The notes beneath the pieces were generated by a model, which saw only the letters and a list, made by a program, of their open reading frames with translations, did not search any database and was not told the origin of the DNA. Made by a program: the position numbers and the translations under genes. From Octopus bimaculoides (taxonomy: Eukaryota), in NCBI RefSeq assembly GCF_001194135.2, contig NC_068981.1, forward strand, positions 149,635,161-149,699,160: a stretch of 64,000 bases of DNA, read 5' to 3'. Below are positions 13,741 to 25,555 of the stretch, one piece after another. The first letter of the stretch is position 1, and each line of letters opens with the position of its first letter.

Positions 13741-14652
13741 CATTATTGATTCCATAATGCTAAAAGGCAAAGTTGACTCCGGTGTTGTTTGAACTTAGCC
13801 AAATGTAGTATAATAAGTTTAGTAGAAGTAGCAGAAAGTCCCAAAGTGTCCAGTATAAGGCTTATTTTCTTTTTAATATCCCGGTGCACTTTTAAGGACT
13901 TTCATAGAATGTAGCTCATTATATATATATGTATATATTTATATATATATATATATATATATACATAATTATGTCTTTACGTATATTTCAGGAAAGCATG
14001 TTACAACTCGAAAACCAATTTCTATTAGGTATGTAGCATATAGCACCAGATCACAGAACTGTATGTCCTAAAATATATTAGTTATAAATATAGTCATTTT
14101 TTTGTAAAATATTGTTCTTTTCTCACGGCTTACAGTATAACTGAAGATCTACCAATATCATCCGTTCCAAAATAAAGTAAAAAGCAAGCTTAACATTTGG
14201 ATGTACATGCATTTAATAATATGACTGAGTAGTCAAACTTTTAAAAGATCGCCTCGCATTTATAGCAACCTCACGTTCATAGCAACGTTTTTTTATGGCA
14301 TCTTGGGCTAGCGATATTTTCTAGAATCATGGGCTGACTCATACCGTGTGAGTGCAACTAGGTCGGCAGAAACTATAACGAAAACCGTCAGATGGATTGT
14401 ATTTCTGATTATAAAGCCCAGCTTTCTCCCACCGTGTTATGTTGATTCTACCTGATAATTACATATGTGAATATTTTATTGGGTAAATTATGTTTAAAAT
14501 ACTTGGCTGGTGAGTGCTGTTGCTGCTGTCACCATCACTGGTTGTTTTCAGCTTCAGAGGCTGAGAGAAGTAGAGTTTGAAATTGAAAAGGTAGAGAAAC
14601 TTGCATCAAGTGGAGAAAATCACTGAGAGAGAGATTTAATATTTTTTATATA

Positions 14653-15934
14653 GGGGAGACCGGGCCCAGTTGTTACACGGGTAAGTTGTTACAAGCCCAT
14701 TGTTTCCAACTTCAAGTAATACGCAGCACTGGGGTCACTACCTCGTGAAGGCCAACTCCATAGCATCATGACTGCACATGTGTATCTCACTGGCGGACTG
14801 TCACCAGGAAAGGGATGGCTCAAAAATGGATTTTTATTCCTAAAGTGAAATTTTGCCACAAAGTTATTTCCTTAACTTCTAAAGTACAAGTGGTGTTACC
14901 GAAGTAGTTTGTGGCTCAGTAGGAAGTGTTGGAAGTTGCCTTCGATACATGAAGGTGTGTCCTGGATGCCAAGCATTACTAGTGCTGTGTACGAGGTAAT
15001 CCCCAGAAATCCATGGTCGGGGCTAATTGTTACAGTGTATCAATTTACCCCAGGCACCTACACCAGGCACAAGTTTTCCTGCTGGTGTTGTTACAAGCCC
15101 AGAGATGTTGCGCCCATTAAAGAAGGCTTCCCACAGGAAGACAGTTCGAGGTCGTGGAAGTCGCAAGAGGTGCCAAGCAGCCATTCTAACCCTAACCCCC
15201 GTAAAACAGCGCATAGTGGATGAAATAAACAAACGGAAATCCAAACCAAAAAAGGCAACTGGTACAGAAAAGGCAACAAAGGGGAAGGGAAAGTCAACTA
15301 AAACAGGTAAGGGCAAAGGGAAGCAGCCTCGCAGCAAGCAAGTCGCCGATTGGAAATGCCTTGTCTGCTCAGATTGGTATTCCAACTGTCTTCTAGGTGA
15401 AGAATGGGTGCAAAGCATGATCTGTAAAGACTGGGCACACACTGACTCTACCGATGGACGACAGGACTTTCTGTGTGATATGTGTAGTGAGAAGTTAATG
15501 GAGAACGATTCCGTCAAGATGGCACATGTAACAATGGGGAAATTGGCTGATGAGGACTCTCAATATCACAGTTAGGATATGAGGTTGTTCAAAGCACAGT
15601 TAATAAATGAAAATAACACTTCCTAGATGCAAGAAGCAGGAGACGTATTCATTTGTTAACATAATTCCGAGTTATCAATAGTTGTAACAAAGTACCCTAG
15701 TAAGTGTCACAAAGTACCCCGCACTCGGAGAAAATTATTATAGCTGATACCACCTCATTAATTAGAACCTTCTAATTAAGGTTATGTAATTTCTGTTTTT
15801 ACTTGCTGGTGATAACAATAAACAGATATGTTTTACTAATTAAATCTGGAAAGAAACTTCAGCTGTGTTTATTTATTTGGGTGCCAAGGCAAAAAAAAAA
15901 GGAAAAAAAAATAATAACTAGACCCGGTCGCCCC
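14653..15934 (+). mobile_element. internally deleted pogo-like (Tc1/mariner superfamily) DNA transposon
   Basis: TA|GGGGAGACCGGG ... CCCGGTCGCCCC|TA TIRs with TA TSD; subterminal TTGTTACA/TGTAACAA repeats. Confidence 0.85.
15027..15575 (+). pseudogene. C-terminus of DDE_1-type transposase with basic tract and PHD-like finger
   Basis: AILTLTPVK, Lys-rich stretch, CLVCSDWY..GEEWVQSMICKDWAH...FLCDMC; two PHD Cys positions degenerate. Confidence 0.75.
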
Positions 15935-17395
15935 TACTTATTTTAGTATACGAGTAGATACTACTATATAATTCATTGTGATTTTTTTCTCTTGTTTTAT
16001 TTGTCCTAGTAGCTGCAAGTAGATACAGATAAATTTATTTCGCCCTAAGTTTGGGGCTTGTCAACGTACCGCAACTTGGGATAAAACTACATTGTCATTT
16101 AAAACATTTATAAAGTATATAAACGATTGACTTCTCTTTTTTTCTTATCATTTTTTAAATAGTGGAGAAAATAGGTAAGAGAGGATGGCATTAAAAACTC
16201 CTGAGTCACTTACAATTGAGGTTACCATTAACATTATACTGAATACGATCGATATTTTGTATTTCTTTTACATTTGACTGTGGAGGAGAGCTTGTGTGAT
16301 AGAAAATCTCTTATGTGTTTAAGATATCATTCTGAGAATCTTTCAAGAGTCTCATTTTATTTCTCCCATTTTTATTGATCTTTTTCTTCCAGTACATATT
16401 CTCCTTGTTCGTTAGTTCTTGATGTAGATACGATTACAATTTTCTCTACACACTACATACAAGCCCATTTTTTGTTCTTCGCGGGTGCGAATGTAGGATC
16501 TTTGGTCATTTTTGCATGCTGTCTATCACATCGGGATGATTTCGGATTAGTTTCCAAAATACTTCATCTCCCTGTGGCACCTAGCCAACAGTTTTTGTGT
16601 TGCATCCAGAATTCGGCCATTGTTTAACAAGCACGTGTTGAATTTGTCTGGTGACCGCCGTTGCTGTTGTCACCATCTCTGATTCTTTTTAGCTTCAGAG
16701 GCAGAGAGAAGTAGGGTTTGGTAATAAATTCAACAGAGGGAGAAATTTCCCTCAAGGGAAAAGAATCATTGAGAAAGAAATATAATTTTTTTTTAATACT
16801 TATTTTATTATGTGAGAAGATATTTCTATATAATACATTATCATTGTTTTGTTAAATGTTTTGGTTGTCCTAGTAGCTGCAAGTATGTACAGATAAATTT
16901 ATTTCATCCCAAGATTGGAGCTTGTCAATGTACCGCAACTTGGGATAAAACTACATGGACATTTAACACATATATAAAATATATAAACGATCGATTGTTT
17001 AGTTTCCTTTCTCATCTTTCTGTAAATAGTGGAGAAAAGAGTTGAGAGAGGGAGGTCATTAAAAGTCCCTGACTCACAGTTGAAGTGACTATTAACATTT
17101 TGCAGAATACGATCGATCTTTTGTATTTCTTTTACATTTAACATTGGAGGAGAGCTTGATTGATAGAGAATCTCTTGCGTATTTAAGATTTCATCCTGGG
17201 AGTCTTTCAAGGGTCTTATTTTATTTCTCCTATTTATCATTGTGCTTTTTCTCTTCCAGTACATATTCGCCTTGTTTGTTAGTACTTGATGAAGATGCGA
17301 TCACCATTTTCTCTAAAATCTACATACAAGCCCAAGTGTCGTTTTGATGGCATGCACTGCTCTCACACTCAATAATAATAAAATGATAATAATGA

Positions 17396-17487
<92 letters not shown>
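17396..17487. repeat. (CTA)n(TAA)n microsatellite
   Basis: Direct reading. Confidence 0.95.
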
Positions 17488-17488
<1 letters not shown>

Positions 17489-17690
17489 ATTACAAAAACA
17501 CCAGGACTTACAAATATATATAACATACAGAAAATTGCACTACTGGACACTGCACACGTTCTACGCAAAACACTTTCAATACAGTAACCATAAGAACATC
17601 ACAGCAAACCACAGCACATAGCCAAGGCACACAGAGCTGCGCTCGGTAGTGAAGTGAAAGCACGTTATAAAAATAAAACTACTGAACTAT
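17488..17690 (+). mobile_element. 5'-truncated 3' end of RLE-type (R4/Dong-like) LINE
   Basis: ITKTPGLTNIYNIQKIALLDTAHVLRKTLSIQ* plus 3'UTR; same family at 40783-41125(-). Confidence 0.8.
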
Positions 17691-17713
17691 AATAATAATA
17701 ATAATAATACTGT

Positions 17714-19324
17714 ATGAACTTATTTGGTATTGCATCGAATGTTGAGCGATTGCTTAGAAAAACTATGACGAATTGGAGGACGGACCTGACAGCATGCGGA
17801 AGAAGTTTAGGGATAGTAGAAATTAGAGGCATCTTCCATGGGGACTGCTTCTCCCCACTGATCTTTGTACTGTACTTGATACCACTAACACTAATTCCGA
17901 GGAAAGTAAAAGCTGGGTATGTATTTGGAAGCCGCGAGCAAAAAGTCAACCATTTGTTATTCATGGATGACCTCAAACTTTATGGTAAAGATGAAGCCCA
18001 AGTCAGTTCCCTCGTTGATACGATGTATAGCTTCAGTGCTGATATCAGAATGGAGTTCGGACTGAGAAAGTGTGGTGTGTTTGTCTTGGAGAGAAGCAAA
18101 ATCAAATGTATTGACGGGCTAACGATACCATCGGGGGAGGTTATGAAGCAGATAGAAGAGACGGGCTATAAGTACTTGGAGATTTTGGAAATGGACAAAT
18201 TGATGGAGAAAAAAAATGACAAAAAAATTTAAGGTGGAATACTTGCGCAAACTGAGACAGATACTTAAGTCGAAATTAAATGGACGGAATAAAATCGAAG
18301 CTACGAACAACTGGATGGTTTCACTCTTTAGATATGGAGCAGGGGTAATCGCATGGACAGTAGACGAACTAAACAGCTAAGACAGAAAGACAAGGCAGTC
18401 GCTAACTAGATATGGATCACTCCACCCAAAACGTGACACAGACAGACTGTATGTACCAAGAAAAAGAGGTGGAAGAAGCCTTATTGGATGCGAATACAGC
18501 ATTAGAGCAGAAGAAAACAACATAGCCTCGTATGTAAAAAATGCCACAGAACCGCTATTATTAGAAGAAGGCCTGGCTTGTGTAGGAGGAAAGATTGCAA
18601 AGGTGGGTAAAGAAAAGAATGCATGGCCAATTTCATAGGGATGTTGAAGATAAGACAGACAGAGAAAAAAGATGGCTGTGGATGACTAAAAGTGATTTAA
18701 AACCGGAAACGGAAGCTCTAATCTGTGCCGCCCAAGAGCAAGCACTAAGAACAAACTACATAAAATATAGAATAGGCAACACATCAGAAAGTGATAAGTG
18801 CAGAATTTGTGGAAAAAACGGTGAAACCGTATGACATATTACCATCCAATGTACGTCACTAGCCCAGTAGGAATATGAGAGACGCCACGACAATATAGCT
18901 AGGCTTGTCCATTGGACACTTTGAAACACGTGTGGTCTTGACAGAGCAAAAAATTAGTATGACCACAAACCTGAAGTCATCGTCGAAAATAGAAATGCAA
19001 GGATCCTATGTGATTTTATGAGTCAGTGCGACTACGAGATAGAGAATAAGAAAAGTCGAGAGATATGACAGGTTAGCTTGGGAAGTTAAGCAGTTGTGGT
19101 CGATGAAAAAAGTAGCAGTAGTACCAATAATTGTCGGAGCCCTGGGAACAGTGAGCAAAAATCTCGAGAAGTACGTAGAACAAATAGGGATTGCAATACA
19201 GGTGGAGCACTTACAAAAAACAGTACTGCTTGGAACCGCTCGAATACTCCGGAAGGTGCTCGAAAAATAAGATGGTGTTACCTTAGTTCACTGGTAATAC
19301 ATGTACAGCAAAGGAACTAATAAC

Positions 19325-19405
<81 letters not shown>
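17714..19405 (+). mobile_element. R4/Dong-clade non-LTR retrotransposon, 5'-truncated, frameshifted
   Basis: RT RGIFHGDCFSPLIF, NHLLFMDDLKLY, MEFGLRKC; CCHC knuckle CRICGKNGETV.HI..QC; RHDNIARLVHW; RLE region PIIVGALGTV, LQKTVLLGTARILRKVL; (TAA)n tail 19317-19405. Confidence 0.9.
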
Positions 19406-19618
19406 CCTTCCTACTATAGGCACAAGGCCTGATATTTGAAGGGAAGAAACTAGTCAATTACATCGATCCCGGTGTTTCACTGGTACTTAATGTATCGAAC
19501 CGAAAGGATGAAAGGCAAAGTCCACCTCGGCAGAATTTGAACTCATAACGTAGCGACAATTGAAGTACCACTATGCATTTCGCTCGGCGTGCTAGCGATT
19601 CTACTGGCTCGCCGCCTT
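19404..19618 (-). mobile_element. tRNA-derived SINE family A
   Basis: Reverse complement of AAGGCGGCGAGC..GAATCG..GAGTTCAAATTC head; core GAAAGGATGAAAGGCAAAGTC. Confidence 0.85.
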
Positions 19619-19628
19619 AATAATAATA

Positions 19629-19679
<51 letters not shown>

Positions 19680-19721
19680 TTGATGATGATGGTGGTGGTG
19701 GTCGTAGTGGTGGTCGTGGTC

Positions 19722-19757
<36 letters not shown>

Positions 19758-19915
19758 TTGATGATGATGGTGGTGGTGGTCGTAGTGGTGGTCGTGGTGA
19801 TGATGATGATGATGATAATGATGATGATGATGTTGATGATGATGGTGGTGGTGGTCGTGGTGATGATGATGATGATGGTGATGATGGTGGTGATGATGAT
19901 AACAGTAATAACAAA
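19619..19915. repeat. (GAT)n/(GGT)n compound microsatellite with higher-order repetition
   Basis: Block GATGTTGATGATGATGGTGGTGGTGGTCGT recurs three times. Confidence 0.9.
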
Positions 19916-20053
19916 TTTTAAAGTTTTATTTTTTTTTCTACTATTAAGAGTGAAATTACTGGGGATGAAATTGACTGGGAGTGGAATTACCGGGGGTCAA
20001 ATTATCGGAGTCATTATACCGGCAGTTATATTACCAGGAGTCAAATTCGAATT

Positions 20054-20142
20054 TGCGAGGTGGTAGGGTCGGACTGGAGTCGCTGGAAGGCTCGAAAAAT
20101 GATGCCTTGGAGGGGCAGTTTGCAGGGGTGGGAGATGATAGG
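20054..20142 (-). mobile_element. short inverted fragment of the PLE at 21587-23420
   Basis: Reverse complement matches 22400-22488 (CCCTCCAAGGCA..GCCTTCCAGCGACTCCAGTCCGACCCTACCACCTCGCA). Confidence 0.85.
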
Positions 20143-20971
20143 AATCGAGCCGGGCCAATCTTTGGCCGAAACATATCTAGGTTATCTAAGGTTATCTAAA
20201 TTATATACTGCTTTTTCCAGCTGCGATTCATAAATAACTGTATGTATCTGTGAATTATCCAACCATTCACACATGCAAATTCAATGACATTAGCAGATGA
20301 TTTATTTGAACAACTTCACACTCATGGTAGGACTGGCATCTATTTTTTCATGTAAATGTAACTCCAAACTTGTTATTACAAGGTTTCTAATCTGACACTC
20401 TTACTACTTCACACATCTAATACGTACAGCCTACGCAATTTACTTTTATCTCTAGACAAATATGTCACTTGTATCAACGAAGAACTTCGTAAGAAGATTA
20501 TGTCTTTATAGCCTACACATTAATTAAAATCCTATCTTTTTATGAATCTAGACGGCTGCCCACGTAAAAATACAGGTATTTCATTTATTTCCTAATCGAC
20601 ATATCTTCAAACAACACTCTTCACACAGTATTCGAAATAGTTGTATTGTTACTCTCCTAAAACAATTAAATATATGCATTTTGCACAAAGCATTTTGCAT
20701 TTCTTAAACATTTTATAGCACTTATATGATACGCATTTTTTGCTTATATATGTGAAATATTGCATTTTAAAACCCCCTCAAAAAAATAATGGAAATGCTC
20801 TATAAAAATGCTCTTCTCTATTGTTTGGAGTTAGAGGTGTAGAATTCGGAACTGGGTTTTAAACGAACTGCAAATTCAGAAACAAAATCTAAGCACTACA
20901 GTGCTTAGATTTGAAGTGCTTATATATGAAGTGACTTCTGAAATGTTTCTCCCAAATTCTTTGTTATATAC

Positions 20972-21040
<69 letters not shown>

Positions 21041-21527
21041 CATACATATATATATATATATNNNNNNNNNNNNNNNNNNNNNNNNNNNNNNNNNNNNNNN
21101 NNNNNNNNNNNNNNNNNNNNNNNNNNNNNNNNNNNNNNNNNNNNNNNNNNNNNNNNNNNNNNNNNNNNNNNNNNNNNNNNNNNNNNNNNNNNNNNNNNNN
21201 NNNNNNNNNNNNNNNNNNNNNNNNNNNNNNNNNNNNNNNNNNNNNNNNNNNNNNNNNNNNNNNNNNNNNNNNNNNNNNNNNNNNNNNNNNNNNNNNNNNN
21301 NNNNNNNNNNNNNNNNNNNNNNNNNNNNNNNNNNNNNNNNNNNNNNNNNNNNNNNNNNNNNNNNNNNNNNNNNNNNNNNNNNNNNNNNNNNNNNNNNNNN
21401 NNNNNNNNNNNNNNNNNNNNNNNNNNNNNNNNNNNNNNNNNNNNNNNNNNNNNNNNNNNNNNNNNNNNNNNNNNNNNNNNNNNNNNNNNNNNNNNNNNNN
21501 NNNNNNNNNNNNNNNNNNNNNNNNNNN

Positions 21528-21582
<55 letters not shown>

Positions 21583-21586
21583 CATG

Positions 21587-23420
21587 CCCCACGAAATTGA
21601 ATACCTCGACCGTGTCCTTGCCACCTTAGTGGTTTCCCTCCCCTCCCATGTCTATAGTACTAACCATGCTCTCTATCTCTTTAACTCTTTCTCTTTCCTT
21701 TCTGGCCCCGAAGCATTTTCTGGACCTTCGATTCTACCCTCAACCTGACACCTCCACACTTCTTCCTCTGGACGAACTTGTTCTCTCCCTCAACTGCTCC
21801 TTGTTCGCGGAGGATTTTTACCAACAGTCCGGGAGTGGCCATGAGAACGAGAATGGGTTCCAACTATGCGAACCTGTTCATTAGCTACGTTGAGACACAA
21901 TATTGCCAATATTTACTGGTCCTACTCCCGAACTATAATGTCGTTATATCGATGACTGTATCGGTGTGACATCACTCTCCAGCGAACACTAAGATTCCTT
22001 CCTCGCTTTTGTCCAATCCTTCCATCTTGCCCTCGAATTCTCCTGCAGTACTTCTAACTCTTTCGTCGCATTTCTCGATATTTCTGTCAGCATAGACCAC
22101 TCTGCTCTCACTACCTCCATCCACTACAAACACACCAGCTCACACTCATATCTTAAATTTTCCTACTCCAACTCTACCCAAACTAAGCTCTCCATCACCT
22201 ACTCACAATTCTTCCGTCTGCGCAGGCTCTGCAGTGACAACTAATTTTGAGGACTCAGTCTCAACTCATGGCTCGCTACTTCATCCTTCGTGGATATGTC
22301 CACACCACCATTCACACTGCCCTTTCCAGGACACGTTCCGTAGACAGTACCTTTGCTCTTTCTCCTCGCATCCACCTCACCGTTGTCCGTTTCCCGTTTC
22401 CCATCACCTCCCACCCCTGCACCCTGCCCCTCCAAGGCACCATTTTCTGAGCCTTCCAGCGACTCCAGTCCGACCCTACCACCTCGCACATCTTCTCTAG
22501 CCTACCCCTTACCTCCTTCAAACTAGCCCACTACCTGCGTGACCTCCTAGTCCACAGTTTCTTCCCTAACCATACTCTCCCCCACGCTGCTGCACGTGTC
22601 CTTACCTCTCCAACACGACCGTCTTCACAGGTACCCATTATCGTCCCTATCATATCACCGACTCCTTTACCTGCACTTCTAGTAATTTCATTTATTGCAT
22701 CACCTGCTCTTTCTGCCCTTATTTGTACTTCGGTCAAACGGGACGCTGCCTGGCTGACCGTTTCACGGAGCACCTCCGAGACATCAGACTCGGCAATTAC
22801 ACCCGGTCTCCCGCCATTTCCGCTCTAGCGGTTATTCGCAACAACACCTGCCTGTGTTTAGATTGTCTTTGCACAGGGGGCCATCCGGACTCAGGCCTTC
22901 GCTGTCAATAGGAATTAATCTTCTCTCTTCGGTCCTTTGTGCCACAAGTGCTCAACTCCCCTCCTTTCTTTATCTGACACCTACGTCTTCTCTTCACTCC
23001 TATCCACTTCCTCTTTTCGGTAATACCCCACCCCACCGCACCTCACCCCACACATTTACACTCGGCAAAGTAACTAGCCCCTATGCACACACCCACACGT
23101 ACACATTCACACACTCCCCATTCTCGCTTACACACACGCACGCGTACCTTCATTTCAGATCACCAGCACTTTATTATCTCCCTTTCTTCCAAACGTTTCT
23201 TTCAAACTTTTTTTCTAATTATTCACCACGCTTGACCGCTAAATCTACAAGTTTTTTCCATTCTCTCTCTGCTTATTTTCTCTCATTCCTTTCTGTTGAA
23301 GAGCGTAGGCTGGAAAGGTAAAAACCTTTTTCATTTTCTCGAGCGCCAAACTAATACACCTGCTTGTTGTTCATACACCTGTGTACGTCTTTTGTTTTGC
23401 TATAAATTTCAACTCTCTCT
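21587..23420 (+). mobile_element. Penelope-like retroelement (RT + GIY-YIG), frameshifted
   Basis: ELVLSLN.., GVAM.TRMGSNYANLF, RYIDDCIG, FLDISV, SQFFRLRRLCS; GIY-YIG FIYCITC..LYFGQTGRCLADRFTEHLRDI. Confidence 0.9.
23289..23325 (+). ncRNA. degenerate minimal type I hammerhead at PLE 3' end
   Basis: CTTT-CTGTTGA-A-GAGC-GTAG-GCTG-GAAA-G-GTA-AAAA; core variant CUGUUGA, stem II one mismatch. Confidence 0.5.
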
Positions 23421-25229
23421 ATATATATATATTGGGGGGGGGGATGAGTGTGTGTGTATGTATACACATACACACACATATACATTAGACATAAGAGAAT
23501 TGGAAAATGGAGACAATCGAACAAGATGTTATTTAAATTATTTATATCACCATATCACCGACAAACGTTTCGATTGATTCATTAAAATTAATCTGAAAGG
23601 AAGAATGATGTGGAATAATGTATCAATTCTATCAGGGAGGAGATTATAAACAACAGTACCCATCAATTAGCCATTTTTCAAGATGTAAGAAACTATGATA
23701 TATAGTTTATGAAAAACAAAGGTGAATAGTGAACGATAGTAATCTTAAAATACTGTTAAGAAATTTGACGTCATATGACGAATGAAGAAGAGAAGGAGGC
23801 GAGAAAGAGAATGGAAGGAGTAATGAAGGTATAAACAAATAGAAAGTGAATGACACGTGGATTGAAATGTAACAGGAAAGAATAGGCTGTATGGGATAAA
23901 AAGAATAATATGAAATTTGTAGATATTATTAGGTAAGGAGGCAGATATTTGAAATAACCGAAAGTGTGTTTTTTCCAATGTAAACACCTGTAAACATGCT
24001 CTTTATCGGTGTTGATTAGTGTGCGTTTGGAGAAAAGGATAAATAGTTGTTCGTCCATACAAAGAGGGTAAAACATTTTTTCATGATCATTTCCTTATGA
24101 TAAAAAAATATTTTTGCCCTCTGATTGATACATTATTCCACATTATTCTTCCTCTCGGACTAATTTCAATGTATCAATCGAAACATATGTCGGCAATATG
24201 TCGATATAAAGGATTTAAAGAACATCTTGTGCGTTTGTCTTCATTTTCTATTATGTTTATGTCCTCCAAAACACGGCTCACTTCTCCTCGGAATTATCAT
24301 CCATGTAACTGTGGTTACTAATTATATATATATATATATATATATANNNNNNNNNNNNNNNNNNNNNNNNNNNNNNNNNNNNNNNNNNNNNNNNNNNNNN
24401 NNNNNNNNNNNNNNNNNNNNNNNNNNNNNNNNNNNNNNNNNNNNNNNNNNNNNNNNNNNNNNNNNNNNNNNNNNNNNTTCCGATCTGTGTTTGTATGAGT
24501 ATGGGTGTGGTTGGCTGTGTGTGTGTGTGTAATTGATAAGTAATATTTATAAGCAGAAAATGTGAATATTTTCGTGAAACCAAGGAGTCATTTCCTTTTC
24601 TCCTGAGATGTAACTGCAATCTATTGGACACTTGGTGTTTTAACCAGTAAGTATATCACACGGAAGTGAATCATTTTTATGGTTGGAACACGAGTTAGGA
24701 TCTCGAATTATATAAAGCTGTTGATATTAGACGGTAAAATATTGGGTTGAAAAGGTACTTGGGTGTTTAAAAGTTGAATATCGTACATGCAACTATTTGT
24801 AGCTTCATCTGCTTCGTATTTCATCGTTGAAAAGGATTTAACTTTATATCTCTCGAATAAATCTTTTAAATGGATAAAATTTGAATATATTCTTTAATAT
24901 GATACAATGTTTTTCGCGATTAGGAAAAAAAAAAAGCGGGTTTGAGTCTCACAAACAGCATTCAACGTTCTCTATTCTAGGGGTTTTATATCACAATATT
25001 CTACTGGCTATTATTTATAACTGTCTTCTTCGAGTTCCGTTGTTTAAAACGATTTTCTTCATATATCGCAAAGATTTTAAATTTTTATGTTATAAACATT
25101 TCACACTGCAAATCATTACTAACTGTTTATATGGAAAACATTATGTTATGATGTATTCCTTTACTTTTTACTCAGTTCACTGCCGCCATGCTGGATCACC
25201 GCCTTAAAGGTTTTTTTTAAACGAAGAAA

Positions 25230-25555
25230 TCTACCTCAGGACTTATCCCTTGTAATCCTAGTACTTATTCTATCAATCTCTTTTGCTGAACCACTAGGTT
25301 ACGGTGACGTAAACACACCAGCATCGGTTGTCAAGCGATGGTGGAGGGACAAGCACAGACACAAAGCTACACACTCATAAGTATATACACACGACGTGCT
25401 TCTTTCAGTTTCCGTCTACCAAATCCACTCACAAGATTTTAGTCAGCCCGAGGTTATAGTAGAAGATACTTGCCCAAGGGACCACGCAGTGAGACTGAAT
25501 CCGAAACCATGTGGTTGGGAAGCAAGCTACTTACCACAAAGCCGCGCCTGCGCCT
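25230..25555 (-). mobile_element. complete bipartite SINE family B (head + internal CA/TA linker + 3' module)
   Basis: Head 25385-25555 and 3' module 25230-25375 adjacent in the same orientation. Confidence 0.8.

Larger units (their letters stand above)
14505..17335. repeat. diverged ~860-bp tandem duplication (~1.8 units), first unit split by a pogo-like insertion
   Basis: CCTAGTAGCTGCAAGT at ~16006 and ~16869; GCTTCAGAGGC at ~14552 and ~16692 (period ~860 after removing the insert). Confidence 0.85.

Noticed and set aside
14325-14347. 23-nt microexon candidate (ESWADSYR)
   Set aside because: Too short to distinguish from chance.
16148-16676. Single 176-codon pseudogene with a C-terminal TM helix
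   Set aside because: The span is not a multiple of three, the hydrophobic tail is in another frame, and stops are shared between copies.
20885-20912. 13-bp perfect palindrome AAATCTAAGCACT-AC-AGTGCTTAGATTT
   Set aside because: Short, isolated and without context; probably a local fold-back duplication.
24556-24648. Candidate exon encoding pore-helix-like VTAIYWTLGVLT
   Set aside because: Needs a rare GAG acceptor, and no other channel exons were found on that strand.
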